Under the pieces are notes generated by a model. It worked only from the letters and a program-made list of their open reading frames with translations, ran no database searches and was not told where the DNA came from. The translations under genes and the position numbers were made by a program. Below, piece by piece: positions 61,533 to 64,000 of a stretch of DNA of 64,000 nucleotides; positions within the stretch are counted from its first letter, which is position 1; each line of letters starts with the position of its first letter. This DNA comes from Halodesulfurarchaeum sp. (lineage in GTDB: Archaea; Halobacteriota; Halobacteria; Halobacteriales; Halobacteriaceae): positions 1,312,001 through 1,376,000 of the forward strand of contig JAXHNL010000002.1 in NCBI GenBank assembly GCA_034520565.1, in the 5' to 3' direction.

Positions 61533-63047
61533 ATGCCAGAGACAATCGTACTTGGTCTCGACGGTGCGAACTGGGATCTTCTGGAACCCTGGCTAAAGGA
61601 CGGGGAACTTCCGAATATCGAGTCACTCCGTGAATCGGGGGTCTGGACTGATCTGGAAAGTGTTCTACCGCCAGTCACCTGCCCGAACTGGCGGAGTTAC
61701 TCGACCGGGAAGAATCCTGGAAAGCTCGGGGTATTCTGGTGGGAGAAAATCGATACCGAGAACCGGACGCTGTCCACCCCCGATTCCCGCTCCTTTAAAT
61801 CCGCGAATTACTGGGATTATCTCAACGAAGATGGACTCGACGCGGGGATCGTCAACCTTCCAATGACGTACCCCCCGTTTGAGATGGACGAGTTCATGAT
61901 CTCTGGTGGTCCCGGGAGCGACCAAAAGGAATATACCTTTCCACCGGAACTGGGCGAGTCTCTGGACGACCAAGGATATCGTCTCCATCCTGAAACTCCG
62001 GTGACGTCAAAGAACGACCGAGAAGAGGCTGCTGAACTCGTCGAACTGATCGACCGACGGCTTGAGACGTTCCGCAACCTCCTCGAGGAACGAGAAGTCG
62101 ACGTAGCCCATTTGACTGTTTTCTATGTCAACGTGCTGCAACATTTCTTCTGGCGAGGTGATCCAACCTACGAAGCCTGGCAGGTAATCGACGATCACAT
62201 CGGCGAGATTCGGGAAGACTATCCTGGCGCGACGCTGATGCTCATGTCCGATCATGGGTGTAAGGACGTGGATACGGTCTTCTACGTCAACTCCTGGCTC
62301 GAGTCAGAGGGCTATCTGGTGACCAAAACTGACACCGCCGACGCACTCTCGGGCACTGGCATCAACAAAAAGCGCCTCTCGAAGCTGGCACACAACCTCG
62401 GGATTCACAACCTCGTGACTTCTCTCGCTCCCGACTGGCTCACGGCTGCGATTCCGGAAGACGAGGAGGGTTTCAAACGCGAGCAAAAACTGGAGAAAGT
62501 CGACTGGGAGGAATCGAAGGCGGTTGCCAGCGGACAGGGACTGGTTTACGTAATTGACGACAATCCTGAAACCATCGAGGAGCTGGTTTCCGAACTCGAA
62601 AAACTCACGAACGACGAAGGAAAGCCGATTGCCCGGAAAGTCTACACGCGGGAGGAGGCGTATAATGGACCGTACACGGAGGAAGGCCCCGAAATCGTGT
62701 TCGATCAGCGCCCTGGGGTCCACACGAGCGGGGCGATCGGATCGAATCCTGTCTTCGCGGACGCCGGCCACTGGGAAGCCGAGAACGTTCGGACAGGGTT
62801 GTTCATGGCAGATGGTCCTGAGGTCGAAGCGGATGGACTCCCAGAACCAATTTCGATTACGGACGTCGGTCCGACAGTTCTGCAAAGCGTGGACTGTGAC
62901 GTCCCAACCGATGTCGATGGTGAACCCTTGAATCTGTTCGGCGACCGCACCGTCGAGAGCCGCGACCCGATCCCCTACGACGAAGTAGGTGGGACCGCAG
63001 ACGAGGCGGTGCAGGAACGCCTCGAGGACCTCGGCTATCTCGAATGA
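61533..63047 (+). CDS. Alkaline phosphatase superfamily (nucleotide pyrophosphatase/phosphodiesterase-like) protein
   Basis: LGLDGA, PPVT.P.W....TG.NPG..G, SDHG, RL.DLGYL. Confidence 0.82.
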   Translation: MPETIVLGLDGANWDLLEPWLKDGELPNIESLRESGVWTDLESVLPPVTCPNWRSYSTGKNPGKLGVFWWEKIDTENRTLSTPDSRSFKSANYWDYLNEDGLDAGIVNLPMTYPPFEMDEFMISGGPGSDQKEYTFPPELGESLDDQGYRLHPETPVTSKNDREEAAELVELIDRRLETFRNLLEEREVDVAHLTVFYVNVLQHFFWRGDPTYEAWQVIDDHIGEIREDYPGATLMLMSDHGCKDVDTVFYVNSWLESEGYLVTKTDTADALSGTGINKKRLSKLAHNLGIHNLVTSLAPDWLTAAIPEDEEGFKREQKLEKVDWEESKAVASGQGLVYVIDDNPETIEELVSELEKLTNDEGKPIARKVYTREEAYNGPYTEEGPEIVFDQRPGVHTSGAIGSNPVFADAGHWEAENVRTGLFMADGPEVEADGLPEPISITDVGPTVLQSVDCDVPTDVDGEPLNLFGDRTVESRDPIPYDEVGGTADEAVQERLEDLGYLE

Positions 63048-63838
63048 CGGTCTGTCTCACCGGGGACGTGCATCACATGTCCCTGGGAACGCGTGACCAG
63101 GAGTACATGGATCGTACAGAGCTGGAGGCGGCTCTTGAGTACGCAGAGATAGCCGCTGAGTATGACGTGCCGGTGACGCTGTTCGTGACCGGGAAGGCGG
63201 CGAAGGAGGAGCCAGAACGGGTGGAACGACTCGCGGCCAAGGAGAACGTCGAGATTGGTGGCCACAATTACTGGGCGTTTGACACTCTCCTCCACAAAGC
63301 TTCACGTGGCTTACTTGGCTCCTGGAATGGACCCCGAAGTTTCCAGCGGTGGGAGATTAATCGTACCATCGAAGCCTTTGCTAGCCATGGTGTAGAAATC
63401 ACGTCTTGGCGGGACCATGCCTACCGCCATGACGATAACACTGCCTCGCTGCTTTTTGAACTGGGAATCACCCATTTTTCGGATGCTGTTGGCCCTGATG
63501 AGGATTTTCGAAAGGAGGACGAACTGATGGTGTTGCCCATCAATACTCCCCCAGACCACGAGCACGTCTATCACGGGTTTCGGACAGAGGATTTTGTCTC
63601 TGAGCAATCTTTTGATGGACCGTTCGGCTCCGAATCGTACGACGTTGACCAATGGCTGGACTGGGTACTAGAGGCGATTGAAGACGCCCTTGAGGCGGGA
63701 CAGCCAGCAACGGTTTTGGCTCATCCCGCTTGTATGGATATTGTTGATGACTTAGCTACGTTCGAAGAACTCTGTGCTCAGATTTCAGAGAAGGATTATG
63801 AGGTACACCTGGCGAGCGAAGTAAAACTAGAAGTATGA
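63044..63838 (+). CDS. Polysaccharide deacetylase family protein
   Basis: LTGDV, P.TLFVTG, EIGGH.Y, L.HP. Confidence 0.78.
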   Translation: MTVCLTGDVHHMSLGTRDQEYMDRTELEAALEYAEIAAEYDVPVTLFVTGKAAKEEPERVERLAAKENVEIGGHNYWAFDTLLHKASRGLLGSWNGPRSFQRWEINRTIEAFASHGVEITSWRDHAYRHDDNTASLLFELGITHFSDAVGPDEDFRKEDELMVLPINTPPDHEHVYHGFRTEDFVSEQSFDGPFGSESYDVDQWLDWVLEAIEDALEAGQPATVLAHPACMDIVDDLATFEELCAQISEKDYEVHLASEVKLEV

Positions 63839-64000
63839 CAGATCCGAGCCGTATTCGGGTCGGCGTCGTCGGCGGGACGAGACTGCCGGGAAACGTCCGG
63901 ACACTGTTACGGAACGTTAGGAACCTGCTCGAATCTCACCCGGTTACTTTCGAAATGGATTTGGTGATTAACGATTCGGTCAACCTTCCGCAGGGTTTCA
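63835..64000 (+). CDS. Partial ORF, probably a glycosyltransferase N-terminus
   Basis: ATGA overlap with the deacetylase; open to the window edge; function inferred from context only. Confidence 0.45.
   Translation, partial: MTDPSRIRVGVVGGTRLPGNVRTLLRNVRNLLESHPVTFEMDLVINDSVNLPQGF

Overview
GC-rich chromosome segment of a halophilic archaeon (Halobacteria), judged from acidic proteins, archaellins, AglB, topoisomerase VI and proteasome beta. The first ~40 kb is mostly conserved core: porAB-lrpA1/aspB, a nucleoside uptake/salvage cluster, type IV pilus pilB/pilC, a Trm9-like methyltransferase beside tRNA-Gly(TCC), tatA, tRNA-Arg(CCT), cydAB, gyrBA back-to-back with top6BA, psmB and purM. From ~40.7 kb small lower-GC toxin-antitoxin-like modules are interspersed with core genes. 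Two archaellins follow, then DUF368-aglB and the start of a glycosylation cluster. The most unusual structure is at 52.5-56.0 kb: four co-oriented, variable-length structured repeats with conserved ends and covarying stems. They are built from GNA-triloop/tandem-GA hairpins that read mainly on the minus strand, and they separate co-oriented small TA/HTH cargo genes, like a cassette array with no recombinase in view. Also notable are a 22-bp Z-DNA-prone tract between the gyrase and topo VI promoters and phased TACA boxes before two wHTH/PemK-like pairs. Frameshifts in porA, gyrB and three other genes look like sequencing indels. All calls come from motif recognition by eye; no searches were run.
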